64,000 nucleotides of DNA from assembly GCA_951406725.2 (NCBI GenBank), contig OX597825.1:83080001-83144000 (forward strand), read 5' to 3'. Shown here in pieces: positions 38,586 through 52,852 of this stretch. Both the position numbers and the translations under genes were made by a program. The notes beneath the pieces were generated by a model. It was not told the origin of the DNA. It worked only from the letters and a program-made list of their open reading frames with translations, and ran no database searches. How positions within the stretch are numbered: the first letter of the stretch is position 1; each line of letters starts with the position of its first letter. Source of the stretch: Octopus vulgaris. Taxonomy: Eukaryota.

Positions 38586-40808
38586 TATATATATATATTT
38601 GTGTGTATATATATATATATGTACATATATATATGTATATATGTAAGTATACATATGTATATACATGTATATATATATGTATATGTATGTATATATATGT
38701 ATACATATATGTATATCTATATACATATGTATATGTATGTATATGTATATATACATATGTTTATATATATATATGTATATATATGCACACACGCATACGT
38801 GAATACACAGACGCATTAATCCAAACACACACACACGCACACAGACCTACCCACACACTTTTTAAATCTCTTTTTCACTTATTTCGTCTGAAATAGATCG
38901 GTCGTTGTAGTTGGCTATTAATTTTCACTAGAAAAGTTTTTTAGTGCTTTGGATTCGCGAACCACAACAATCAAAATATATTGTGATCGAAATAAGCGAA
39001 ACGGAGATTAAAAAACGAGGTGCCTGTTGACAACACGACACCTGCTGAGATGCAATGCAACGGTACGCATTACTATCTCAACCGCGAGGGACCGATGCAT
39101 GATGTGTCGAAACGATCGTGAAATCCATTTTCTTTCTCGCATATTTTATAAACTCTACAGACATGAAGGCATTGCCATTTACACCCATACTGTTCATGAC
39201 ATCAGGTAGCCGAATACAGTAAATGGGATTTAAGTTGCATACGACAAGGAGCACATCTAAATTAAACACTACACGTACATATACAAAATGTATGTTTTTC
39301 TTCCTATGTATATATATACAGAAAGGTGGGAAAGAGAGGTTTTATGTGTGCTTGTGTATGTGTGTTCGTGTGTGTATGTGAAAGAGAGAGAGAGAGAGAG
39401 AGAGAGAGAAGAAAGAAATGAGGAGTAGAGCATAGCAATATTTTTCGTTTCCATACATTCACAAAAGTCTCGATATCTTACCGTTCCAAAAGTGACCAAA
39501 TAAACGTCAGTAACAGCGAATCTTCCAGATTAAATGCTCTTTCAGCAAGGATCATCTCTTAATATCACAAGAGGAAGAAAAATTCCTCCATCGCTAACAC
39601 TATCAACGTATATCTCTCTATCTTCGAATTTGCCAGAAGCAGCTGTGGGATTACAGTGCAAAGCAAAGATGTTTATCGTTGCTTCCGAAGAAGATCAAAG
39701 TCTTCACAAGAATTTCAAGAAATATCGCTGACGTGAAATATTTGGTTCTGAAGTAAGAATATTTGGTTCTGAAGTAAGAATATTTGGTGGCGGTGAGAAG
39801 CATTTTGAAATGAACGCTGAACTAGGAATATTATTCATATTTTCACAACAAAATCTGTTTATTATGAACATATGTAAATATTTACACACGCACACAGACA
39901 CAGACACACACACACACAAACATACATACACAGACACATACACTTGTATGTGTGTATGTTTGTATTAATCATCCTACGTATTTATCTATCTGTCTGTGTG
40001 TCACCCTGCCGGTCTATTTGTCTACACAACTAGCTGTTCGGCTCCCTCCCATCAGAGGAACTCGCAGTATAGTACTTTCTCTGTACGTATGTGTGCAAAC
40101 TTTTTTGCCGAACTACTAAGTTACGGGCACGATAAAACACTAACATCGGATGTCAAGCATTTGTAGAGGTGATGGGGGGACAAACACAGACATAAATACA
40201 CACACACACACACACACACACATATACGACGGGTCTCTTTTTTCAATTCCCGTCCACTCACAATGCTTTAGTGGTCCCGAGGCTATAGCAGAAGACACTT
40301 GCCCAATGTTCCACGCAATGGGACTGAACCCAGAATCATATGCTTTGGAAGCAAGAGTCTTACAACCTAGCCACTCCAGCACCTATAATATATAACACAC
40401 ATACACACATACACACATGTATATCTTTTCATTAATATCATTAAACAGACTTGAAACATATAACACTGCAAATACCAAATGAGATTAATTTCGATAAACA
40501 ACATGGAAGCATGTCGTAATTAATGACTTGGTTCTTGTCTAGGCCAGAAATTAGGCATCCATTCACCAACAAAGCATTCTTACATACATCATTGCAAACA
40601 CCTCACAGACTATGTGTTATATTTGATACTAGATACAGAGATAAACATGTACACAGACGCAAACATAGACAGATATACACCAAATGGAACACACACATGT
40701 AGGTACGTATGTATATACATGCATGAAAGAAAATACATATATATGTATGTATGAATATACGTATCAACATACACACAGAAATACTTACACATACGTATAT
40801 ACGAGGGC

Positions 40809-40845
<37 letters not shown>

Positions 40846-41025
40846 TACATTCATGTAGATAGGCAGATAGAGAGGTTAGAGATAAATAAGCATTTATATA
40901 TATACATATAGGTTTAGGGGAGAAAATAACCACGTTTGAAACTTTGGTAAGTTACTTTTCCACGCAATGGAACATGACTGACATTTTACATATCTACACC
41001 TATAATGCAGATTAGTCTCTCGTTT

Positions 41026-41118
<93 letters not shown>

Positions 41119-41517
41119 TATATGAGTGTGTAGGTGTGTGTGTCTGTGTGTGTGCAAACGAGTGACTGATATGCTATATATGCATAGATATCTACACTTT
41201 CAGTCACGCATATATATATGTCTACATATATATATCTATACATAAACATGTATACATAAATATATACGTATACATATATATGTATATATATATGATTGAT
41301 TGATTCTAGTTTCAGCTCACGAGCTGTGGCCATGCTGGGGCACCGCCATTTAATATATATATATAATTATTTAATAATTTATATGAATTGGAATTATCTA
41401 GTAGTTGATGATTGATAGAAATCTATTCCTCCATTTTCTTATTTTACATATATACATATGTATATATTTGTATATATATCTATATACATATGTACATATA
41501 TATATGTGCACGTACAT

Positions 41518-41791
41518 ACTCTCTTATACAAACGCACGCGCACTTTCGTTTAGGATCACTACTACTTTATGATCTCCCCTTCAGCCTAGCTCTCCTGTGT
41601 GACACTCCTGTCCGGCATTCGCCATGATAGATCGCTAGCCACTACACATTCTTTATTTTCTCTCCTTGTTTACTTTCTGATGAAGAGCGTAGGCTCGAAA
41701 TGTTAAAGACTTTTTCACTTCCCGAGCGTTATACTAATACATTCGTTTGTTGTCTACACCACATGTCTTCGTCTTTTTTTTGTGAATTCTC
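41518..41791 (+). mobile_element. Short HHR-bearing element, family copy 2
   Basis: Homologous to 4033-4321. Ends at (TA)n. Confidence 0.7.
41673..41708 (+). ncRNA. Minimal type-I hammerhead ribozyme with extra A after A9
   Basis: CTTT-CTGATGA-A-GAGC(GTAG)GCTC-GAAA-TG-TT-AAAG. Canonical CUGAUGA and GAAA boxes. Confidence 0.75.
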
Positions 41792-43080
41792 CTATATATA
41801 TATTGATGTACACATATAAATATGTGGGTGTGTTTGTGAGTTTGTGTACACGTCTCTAAATAAGAAAGAGAAGCTGATGCCTTTTTCCTTTCATTGATTT
41901 TGTTTCATTTTAAAATGCTTGATTGTAATGTTCGATAACATTTAGGAAGATGTCGATCGGCTATTTCTGATTTCACGAGGAATATTTTTTACCACGTATC
42001 TAATCATATAATTATTTGAGCGTGTGAATGTGTATATACATATATATATATATGCACACACACATGTTTGTATATCCACACGTATGTAAGTATACACACA
42101 GAAACACACACATACATATATACACATATATAAATGCTTAAATAACTATTATTCCGTTACAAAATTCCTATTCGACATAGAAGTAGCATTTTGAGCCAAA
42201 TCATTCTGTTTTATAGCCACCTTAATGCGGCTGTTCTGTAAGAGACATCTCCTCCAGCTGGTTTATTACGTGCGTTTCCTTCACTTGATATTTATTGTAA
42301 GCGGGGGATAACTCCTGCACTCCTAACTCCGAGACCATCAGAACCACGTAGTTTCTATCTGTACTAGATTTCCTCTCTGGTGGTTATTCGCTCGTCAGGC
42401 ATGGTAGTTTATCCGCGCTTGCTTAATATAGATCATAGTGTCCAGCAACCACTGATTCCGTCTTCCTGTATCAAAAGCAAAATATCGCCGTCTCTTAGAG
42501 GAAATCCATATTAAAGTTGTTATAAACAATACTTTTTTGGTTCTTATACTGCGTCTCTTTCGAACAGTGTTTCTCTATCGGTCTAATTTCTTAGTTATAA
42601 AATCAGTGGTTGTATGATATTGTATTTTCTATATTCTGCAAGCGTGGACAAAATGCTGGCGTAACCACCTCTGAGAAGCTCCAATACAGACCGAAACCAC
42701 GGGGTCTATTGTGCCCAGAGCTATTGTGGAAGAAGTAATCTCCCGCTTGCAATAAATGCGAGAAGTCTATTGAATAAACCAGCAGGAGGAGATGACTTTC
42801 TGGGGTCAAATGGCAGTGTTGTCGTCTCTTGGAGGACAGCCACGATATGGTGACTCTAGAAGAAATTTTGTTATTGCCTTAGAAGTTCTTCCCAGGTAAA
42901 ATCCACACCATAATGATGTGTGTGTGTATAGGTGGAGGCGCAGTGGCACAGTATTTAGTCTACACATGTCTGTGGAGTGCTCAGCCACTTTCACGTTAAT
43001 TTCACGAACAGGCTGTTCCGTTGATCGGATCAACTGGAACCGTCGTCGACGTAACCGACGGTGTCACCCGATATATATAT

Positions 43081-43129
<49 letters not shown>

Positions 43130-43221
43130 TAATCCAACAAGAAAACACAAAATAACACAACGCGAGGACGTGGAACAAATATAGTATTATTGGACGCTCA
43201 GGAAAGAAGGAAAGAAGGAGG

Positions 43222-43256
43222 GTTTAACGTTTCGAGCGGAGCTCTTCGTCGGAAAC
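43222..43256 (-). ncRNA. Hammerhead-like motif in a (TA)n-flanked element (about 43125-43332)
   Basis: Minus strand reads GTTT-CCGACGA-A-GAGC(TCC)GCTC-GAAA-CG-TT-AAAC. U4->C in the core. Confidence 0.65.
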
Positions 43257-44045
43257 ATAGGAGAAGGAAAGATCCAGAGAAGGGAAGACAGAGGAAAAAA
43301 ATCGCCAACTGTACACATGAGGTCACATTTTGAAAAATGTATATATATATACACACACACACATTTTAGCCATAAACCATAATTTTTGATTTGTATGGAC
43401 TATTAACTCCTTTTCAGCCATGTGTGTGTGTGTGTTTGTTGTTGTTGCTGTCTGTCTCGTTTAGCAAAGCCTTATGAGAAACGCTCTTCTATTCATATCT
43501 CTATAATCGTTTTTTTTTCAGTAATAACAAAGTAACCCTGCCCACAATAACTGGTGTTTTCCTTTATCTTAACCTGTTGTTACATGCTTTAAGGTAGATT
43601 TCGTTGTTTATATTTAATAGCTAGTTAGTCCACATAGAAACTCCGGCATATGAAAATCAGACGGATTTCACCTGGGAAGAATTGCGAAAACAATAATAGA
43701 ATCATTTTAGCAATTATAACCAAAGAATCAACCTCCGATTTTATAAAAATAGTATTCAAAATACTATCAAGTTTAGGAGAGGCGGAGATGGCGACGTGCC
43801 AACATTCTTGCTTAAACAGCCGACCGGTATTTGCAAAAGACTTTAACAGTTTGGTGAGAGAGTGATATATAATACCAATATGGCCGACCATGGAAAATAT
43901 AGCATGAATATATTTTTGCTTGTGTTTTCCGTCTGTGTGACGGCAGACCTCACTCGTCCGGCATATTGAAATATCGATATATTAACTTCTTTAATACACC
44001 TTTACTTATATATACGTATATAAATATATACATATACATATACAT

Positions 44046-44185
<140 letters not shown>

Positions 44186-44405
44186 GCATATATACTCTTT
44201 ACTCTTTTACTCTTTTACTTGTTTCAGTCATTTGACTGCGGCCATGCTGGAGCACCGCCTTTAGTCGAGCAAATCGACCCGGGACTTATTCTTTGTAAGC
44301 CCAGTACTTATTCTATCGGTCTCTTTTGCCGAACCGCTAAGTGACGGGGACGTAAACACATCAGCGTCGGTTGTCAAGCAATGTTAGGGGGACAAACAAA
44401 GACAC

Positions 44406-44466
<61 letters not shown>

Positions 44467-44480
44467 GGACTATATATATG

Positions 44481-44533
<53 letters not shown>

Positions 44534-44540
44534 GTATATA

Positions 44541-44624
<84 letters not shown>

Positions 44625-45008
44625 CATGTATTTGAGTTTTAAGGAAATAAGATTTTTATAAGAAAATATTGCAAGATGGTTTTGTTAAGTTTCAGTCATG
44701 CCAAATCTTGCGTTGTATCGTTTATGAAACGTCTGTGACTGCTGTTTATTGCCAATCGAGTTGCTAGAATTTGAATAATATTCTCTTATTCTTTAACTTG
44801 TTTCAGTCATTTGACTACGCTCATGCTGGAACATCACCTAATGCTCATTCAATCGGACACTTTTGCCGAACTGCTAGGTTACGGAGACGGAAACTCACCA
44901 ACGTTCGTTGTAAAGCGATGATGGGGGGACAGACACGCATACATATACGTTTACATACATACACACACACATACTCATACACACACACACGCACACACAC
45001 GCACACAT

Positions 45009-45063
<55 letters not shown>

Positions 45064-45991
45064 CACGACGGGCTTCTTTCAGTTTCTGTCTAAGAAATCC
45101 ATTCACAAGGCTTTGGTCGGCCCGAGGCTATAGCAGAAGACATTTGGTCTGAACCCGGAACCATGTGGTTGGGAAGTAAGCTTCTTACCACAGAACTACA
45201 ACTGCGCCTATGAAATATCCCTCAAATAATATCCCTTTCTGTGGCAAGCGTATATCCCGGGTGACCAACGACGAACACCAAGAATGTCTTCTTTCAGAAT
45301 ACGTTGGCAAAACCTGACACGGCGATACGAACTAGACATCTCCGTGGTTAAGGCCTTGTCAGGAATTTTCCCACAAAGCAATGTTATTGCCTGAGGGAGA
45401 ACGACGGTCGATACAATTTAACAGCTGTATTGCGGAAGGGTAAAGCAAAGCTCGATGCACACGAAAGGGCCTGGAAGCTGTGTAGTGAAAAAAGGTCACA
45501 AAACCAAGTGGAAGACCTCAGACAGTAAATGGATCCGCATCCCTGGTCGGTAGTCAATGATCGCATCCAGAGGAAGGCCACTTGATTAGTTGGTATCAAA
45601 ACCGTGACAGACAAGCTCCGTCCTTCACCTCACACTACCTTTACAATTGCTAATATAATATTCTCCGTTTCTGGGAGGTGACATGTCATGAGCCTCCTCC
45701 ACTCAGTCATCCATTATCTCCTCCTCACATCATCCGTTTCGTGCCCAGTAGTTCAGACTCAGACCACGAACTAACCTATGTACTCAATACCGTGAACTTC
45801 CACTCTGTGGACCCGCTTCCCAGCTTTTGTCTTTCTAATAGGTGTCACCATGCAATACTTTAACCCGAACATCAACGGAAAGTCTCACTAGTTTTGGAGG
45901 GCTTGCAAAGGACATGGACATCGCCCTTTCTTCCAAACTTGGGAAATGCAGTTCTATATTTAAAAGATGAGGAGTTACGTACATCATGTAC

Positions 45992-46256
45992 ATTATTTAC
46001 ATTTGACAGATATTTGTCCTCGTCTTGTTTGATGTTAACAGAACGTGTCGGATGATATAACCTCCAGCCCTCATCGGGTGTCTTGGGGAAACTTCGAACA
46101 TGGGTTCTCATTCTCATCGAAAAATACCTAAGGAATGAGAACCCATGTTCGATATTTCCCCAAGACACCCGATGAAGGCTGGAAGGTATATCAGCCGAAG
46201 CGTTGTATTAACAAGAAACAAGATGAGGACAAATACCCTCATCGAATGTAAATAAT
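45992..46256. repeat. Fold-back element: ~122-bp inverted arms, each with a decayed hammerhead
   Basis: Arms at 45992-46113 and 46133-46256. Right arm 46165-46208 reads ACAC-CCGATGA-A-GGCTG(GAAGGTATAT)CAGCC-GAAG-CG-TT-GTAT. Confidence 0.75.
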
Positions 46257-47981
46257 CGGAAAATGCAGCATCAAAATTAACTGCAACACTATGCTATGTA
46301 TTTGAGGTGATTATTCATAAACTTTATATATTTCAGATAATTAACCTCATCTTCAGAGATGAAGCAATCTTCATATTTATCTCTTCATATCAATCAATTT
46401 CATCCCTGATCGTTATCAGATATGTAAGACCAGTGACCTCCACAATGCAGATAAGAATGTTATTAGCTCCAGATTAAAATTATAATTTCGTAGTTTGAAT
46501 CCAATCTGGTTTTGTCTGACAAATAAAAGTCACTTACTTAAAGTGCATGTGTACTCAATATGAATTTTGACTGTTGATTTAAGCACGGGCCCACCAATTT
46601 TGAGGGGAGAGGAATTATTTGATACCGTTGTGTACATTACATATTTTATCGATCCAGTAATGTTAAAAAATAAAGTTCAGCTCCACAAGATTTGAACTCA
46701 GTACGGAAAGAACCAGAATCGCTAAAGCGCTAATTGAATTAGGGACTGCGATATGTTTTTTAGGAAGAATTCATTATACGACTAAATGGAAAATATTTAA
46801 GGGACAAGGGTTAACGTTGGTGAAAGGTTTTTAAAATGATAGGTTAAACAAAAGCCGAGATAATTGCAGCTTGGAACCATCGATTTCTGTGTGGACTCCA
46901 GCTATTCTGTATTCTTAAACAGGATATTTAGTTTGACTGTCATCTGAGTGTCCTCTGTTGCGGAAACCAGGCGCAGCATCATGTCTCACATCCCCTACTT
47001 TAACCTCATTAGATTTATTTCAGAGATAATAAGGAGCTGTTAGCAAGAGTCATTGAAAGCATATTTAATATCACAGTCAGCGAGGGAACTTCTTCGAATC
47101 AGCTTTATATCGAACTATACAGCCTTTAAAAATGAAGACACAATTGTGAAAGTAATCCTAGATAAGCCATGCCCGCAAAACAAAATATATAAATTGCTGA
47201 TAACCACAACACCATAGATCATTGGTCTACTTGACGAGGGCGGTTATGAAGCTAAACAACAATAATAACAACGGTTTCAAATTTTGGCATACGGTCAGAA
47301 ATCTCGTGGGGCGGAGTTAAGTCGATTACATTGACCCCAGTGCAAGAAGGTGAATTATTTCCTAAATTCTGGTGAGTCTATGTTATAATATTTATGCGAC
47401 ATACATCGATGGAGAATAATGGAAAAATGGAGGAAAAGATAAAATGAGAGACACGCTAGGATACATAAATATAAAGAGATAGTATGATAGGAGCTAAACG
47501 CTTCCATGCTGTTAAAAAAAGATGAGTCAAGATATATTTAAGTGGCGTACACTAATTGACAAGACTAGTTTGGAAAATAATAACATTCCAAGAACAGGAG
47601 AGAATTCTTAGTTTCTGTCGAATGTGAAATCAATTAGCGAAAAAACATAAGAATTTCCAGATAAATCTTCCGTTTGTAAGATAGAAAAGATAGCGATGCT
47701 ATGTATGAGGTAAATATATTTCAAGAGAAATACCGCTGCGAATGAAGTAAAACAAATATTGACTTGCAATCATCAACTTATTTACTAAGTTCGGTGCGAA
47801 AGACTTATGTCGGAAGAGACGATGAGCGTAGTATGAAGCAGATATATATATACGCCCACGCAGACACAGACAGGGTCTCTTCTCTTTCTCTCTCTTGCTC
47901 TTTCTCCATCTTTCCTTGCACACCCTCTCTCTCTCTCCTCGCTCTCTCTCTCTCCGTATATATATATATATATATATATAT

Positions 47982-48277
47982 AATCAACTAATAAGGGTGA
48001 GAAAATTGGATACTAATTTAATAGTAACATCAATTTAACACCAAGTGGCTTAGTGCATAAAAACCAGGAATACAATAAAATTTTATACGTAAATATAAGA
48101 GAGTGACCACTATGTGGTCGACTCTAGCACTAGAAATAGATCCGCTACGGTTTCAGCCACGAAGAATTGTTTCCGATGAAAGTTAGCACAACTATTAGCG
48201 TAAACGAACAGGGCAGATAAAAAATAACAAAAATGCAGATTAATTCAGGACAATTGTTTCGCTATTAATAAATTATG

Positions 48278-48280
<3 letters not shown>
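47982..48280 (-). mobile_element. (TA)n-flanked Penelope-like terminal fragment with 3' half of a hammerhead
   Basis: Unique ~300 bp between two (TA)n tracts. Minus strand AATAGC-GAAA-CAATTG-TC-CTGAA (48245-48266) has a palindromic helix III. Confidence 0.4.
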
Positions 48281-48327
<47 letters not shown>

Positions 48328-48592
48328 TTTTATCTTTTATCTGAGTCACTTGACTGCGGCCATGCTGGAGTACCGCCTTCAATGGTTTTAGTCGAGCAAA
48401 TCGAGCCAAGGATGACTTTTTAAAGCCCAGTACTTATTCTATCGGTCTCTTTTGCCGATACGCTAATGTTACGGGGATGTAATCACAGTAACACCGGTTA
48501 TCAAGCTTGGAAGCTTGGATGGGGGCACAAACACAGACACAGAGACAATCACACATAGATGTAGACATATACATATGTGTAATATATATATG

Positions 48593-48654
<62 letters not shown>

Positions 48655-49367
48655 TTTCCGTGTCTTCCATACAGCGTTCACTAGGTTAGGAACAAGCGAT
48701 ATATAAATATAAGATTGAAGGATCGAGTTGTAGGAAGAAAGTTTGTTTCAAGTATATCTCAAATCTCAGACGCAATAGCGGTTTATTGAGACGGAAGTTT
48801 GTGGATTTTTTCGTATCGGACTACGATAAACTGAAACGCTATCCTTCTCAATAAACCACTATTGTCACTGAAAGTTGTTTTGTATATGTAAATACGCATT
48901 GCTTGAATCTAACTTCCTTCCAGCAGTCCTCCTCCCTTGCTCACATGGCTTCCACGTGACCATCGGCCATCTTTCTATCTTTCTCTCAGTTGTAGCTGGA
49001 ACAAGGAAGATGTATTCTTGTTTGACTCCTCTCCTACCTTGATTTATGCGTTCGCCACTACAACGTCCTTTAGGCTTAGCAACCCTTCCTGTTCGCTTTC
49101 ACTGTCCTGTTTGTGATACCTATTGTGACACTCCGCAAAATCTCAAATTTTATTTAGTTTGTTTTATCGTAAGCGTATATTGTTGTTAAATGCTCGAAAT
49201 ATGAGACTAGAAAAACAGCCAACAACTGATGAAGGGTCGTTCTTTATGCTGGTTGTTTTGTTTTCCATTTGTGTCTTTCGTTGTTCGAAAGAATAGTTCA
49301 TGTTCCATCTACTCGTGCTTCGTAATTTCTTTGCTGTACACGTTTCATGACATCCTGCACCCACATA

Positions 49368-49440
<73 letters not shown>

Positions 49441-49465
49441 GTATAGATGTATGTATGTATATATG

Positions 49466-49526
<61 letters not shown>

Positions 49527-50040
49527 AAAGTTAATTACCTGATATATGAGTCTCTTAAAGGGATGATTACATCCAAGAATACACTGGTTCAATACCTCAT
49601 ATCCTTGGGAAATAAATTTCCCTAGATCAATAGGTATATATTAATCATATAATCGATATTCAATTGTAGGAATAATTAGCAATTTATTAATAATTATTAA
49701 CCATTAACACTCCATTTTCTTCTCTTAATTGAATATGGATTATATATATATACACACAAACACACATACATACATGCATATATATTTTTATGTATGTATA
49801 TACGTATGTCTTTATGTATCTACCTAGATGATACCATTGTAAAGATAAGTGATATTTTATATTTTGCTTCTCAGAGTTTCTTGGGAATATGAATTTCACC
49901 TGAGGGTGCGTAAGGCGATCTTCAGATAAGTTATGACTTGCTCGTATCGCAGGAGACTGTCTTGATATAATATAAGAATTTTTTTATCACTAGTACACAT
50001 GCATACACACATACACACAGAGTGAAACACATACACACAC

Positions 50041-50071
<31 letters not shown>

Positions 50072-50324
50072 GTACAAAAAGACATATCTATACGTATACT
50101 GATAGATAGATGGATAGATATATGATAAATGATAGATAGATGATAAATAGATGGATAGATAGATGGTTAGATAGATAAATAGATGGATAGATAGATAGAT
50201 AAATAGATAGATAGATAGATGATGGATAGATAGATGATAGATAGATGGATAGATAGATGATACAGAGATAATAGATAGATGGATATATAGATGATAGATA
50301 GATAAATAGATACGTAGATAGATT

Positions 50325-50370
<46 letters not shown>

Positions 50371-50954
50371 CAGATGGATAGACATATGGATAGATAGATG
50401 GATAGATAGGTGGATAGATAGATAAATAGATAGACAGTCGAATGTAAGAGAGTGTAGGCATTTGTGTGTATATGTTCGAATGTATAGCACACATTGAACG
50501 TGTAGTAATATATTTATAACAGTGAACATCCCACTTATGTCAATGGACTTCCAGTGTCTTATTATTTTATTTCGTTTTATTTACTAATCTATTTCTTTTA
50601 TTGTTTTCTGACGTGGACAGAGGCAGCCATTGTTGTCTATTGTAGACGTCTACTTTTGCATTCTTTCTGTTGCCTTCCTCTGTATCTGTAGATTCTGAGA
50701 TGAATCTAAACATCTCTAACAAGGCACCATTTGTCTACGGAACAGTAATATGTTCCTGTCAAAGTCACAATCTACAACAAACGCAAAGAAACAAACAAAA
50801 CAAAACAAAACAAAACAAAATCAAAGGAAACAACCAACGGATGTTTTCCGACAATGAAACCCCTGAACACAACAACAACAACAAGAAAGACAACTACGTT
50901 TGGAACTTCAAACAACGTGAGGGATCATCACTATAAACACTACAAGGAGCAATA

Positions 50955-51097
50955 CACCACCACCACCACCAACACTACCACTGCCACCACCATCACTACT
51001 ACTACTACAACCACTACAACAGCAATTGCTGCTGCTGCCCCTCCACCTCCACCTCCTCCTCCTCCTCCTCCTCCTACTACTACTACTACTACCACTA

Positions 51098-51140
<43 letters not shown>

Positions 51141-51162
51141 CACCACCACCACCACCACCACC

Positions 51163-51249
<87 letters not shown>
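50955..51249. repeat. (CAC)/(CTA)/(CCT)/(CTG) compound trinucleotide repeat
   Basis: Direct reading. Confidence 0.95.
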
Positions 51250-52160
51250 AAAATTGGCTGTATTACTGTTTCTACTACTTCACTGCTGCCATATTTGTAA
51301 TAGGTTTGCTTTTTGCTTTCATATTCATGGTAATTACGTTGATTCAGTTGAGGGGAAGGGCAAAGTCGACACCATCAACACCACACCCTGACTAGTACGC
51401 TACGTCCCTTTACGTAGATCCAGCATCTTAACTGATAAATTCTTTTCTACAATAGGCACAAGGTCCGAAATTTTGGGGGAGGAGGCCAGTCGATTAGATC
51501 GACCCCAGTATGGAACCGGTACTTGATTTATCGACCCCGAAATGATAAAAGGCAAAGTCGACCGTGGCGGAATTTAAACTCAGAACATAAAGTACGCTGT
51601 TTCATTGATCCTGGAGGCTTATTTAAAGTTAATCCTAATGTTAATCCCACTGAGGGCAGCTTTGATTTTCATCCTTCCGGTGTTGATAGTATGAAATACC
51701 AGTCAACTACTGAAGCCGATAGAAGTTAAGATGGCCTCGTCTGGAGTGCTTTATTTTATAGGTTATGTAAAATCGTAGCCAGCCTGGGACTTAGCATTAA
51801 CAATTAAAACACGACATTAATAATTTCTAGGCATGGCTGCGCGGTACGAAGCTTGCTTCCCAACAACATGGCTCCGGGTTCAATCCCACTGCATGGAACC
51901 TCGCTCAAGTGCCTTCTATCGTAACATCGGGCCGACCGAATACATTTGAGTGAATTTGGTAGTCGGAAACTGAATGAAGCCCACCGTATTGATATGTGCG
52001 TGTATGTGTGCGTGCGTCTTTTTGCTTATGTTTGTCTCCCACCACCGCTTGACTATCCGTGTTGGTGTGTTTACGTCCCAGTAATTTAACGGTTCGGCAA
52101 AAGAGACAATAGATTATATACCAGGCTTAACAAAATAATAACAACAACAACAACAGCAAT

Positions 52161-52220
<60 letters not shown>

Positions 52221-52235
52221 AATAATAATAATAAT

Positions 52236-52793
52236 AAATGCCGTGATGCAGTACCAGGCAGTGGCTCTCTTGGCTTCTGATCTTAACTGATTGGAAGTGT
52301 TATCATGTACATTGTTTTGTCTTGGTATAAAAGATGGGCTACAGCAAATATTCTGCTCAATACCACAGATTTGCTTTTCAGTTGCTTGACCTTAACCTGT
52401 TGAGAATGTCCCTTAGTGGCTGACGATATGTGCATCTCTGATCACGAGTAGAAGCAGTGGGGGAGCATCATAGCCATGTGTTGAAAGGAATTCTTAGAGG
52501 TTTGGATAATTCACCTCTAGAAACATGTGTGTTTCGTTCAACATACTTAAGCAATCCTTATTCAGGGACCTTTTGAGTGGGATGGGCTACTCAACCAGAA
52601 GAAAATTCTACCTGGGCCCCACCTGCAAGGTCATGTGCTGTTTATCTTCACGTGAGATCACCATGTCACGCGCATATGGTTGTGATGCATGTGCCTGGTG
52701 TACCCTTATCAGACGGGTATTCATGATGGGTACACTGGGCTTCGTATATTTTACCCCAGTGTCAGTTTGATGGCATGCTCTGCTCTCTCACTC

Positions 52794-52795
<2 letters not shown>
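52236..52795 (+). mobile_element. ~560-bp (TAA)n-associated element, copy 3
   Basis: Full length, with (TAA)n on both sides. Confidence 0.9.

Positions 52796-52852
<57 letters not shown>

Noticed and set aside
42663-42713. CTGAGAA...CCGAAACCACGGGGTC hammerhead-like motif
   Set aside because: Helix III is good, but there is G8A without C3U, a mismatch in helix II and no helix I. At best a decayed relic.
43625-43891. Non-repetitive 88-aa minus-strand ORF
   Set aside because: No recognisable motif or splice support, and the length is compatible with chance.
45240-45620. Possible LINE 3' fragment
   Set aside because: Only a faint resemblance, with no motif I can state confidently.
49188-49240. 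GCTCGAAA...CTGATGAAGGG as a type-II hammerhead
   Set aside because: I found no convincing helix III, cleavage triplet or helix I.
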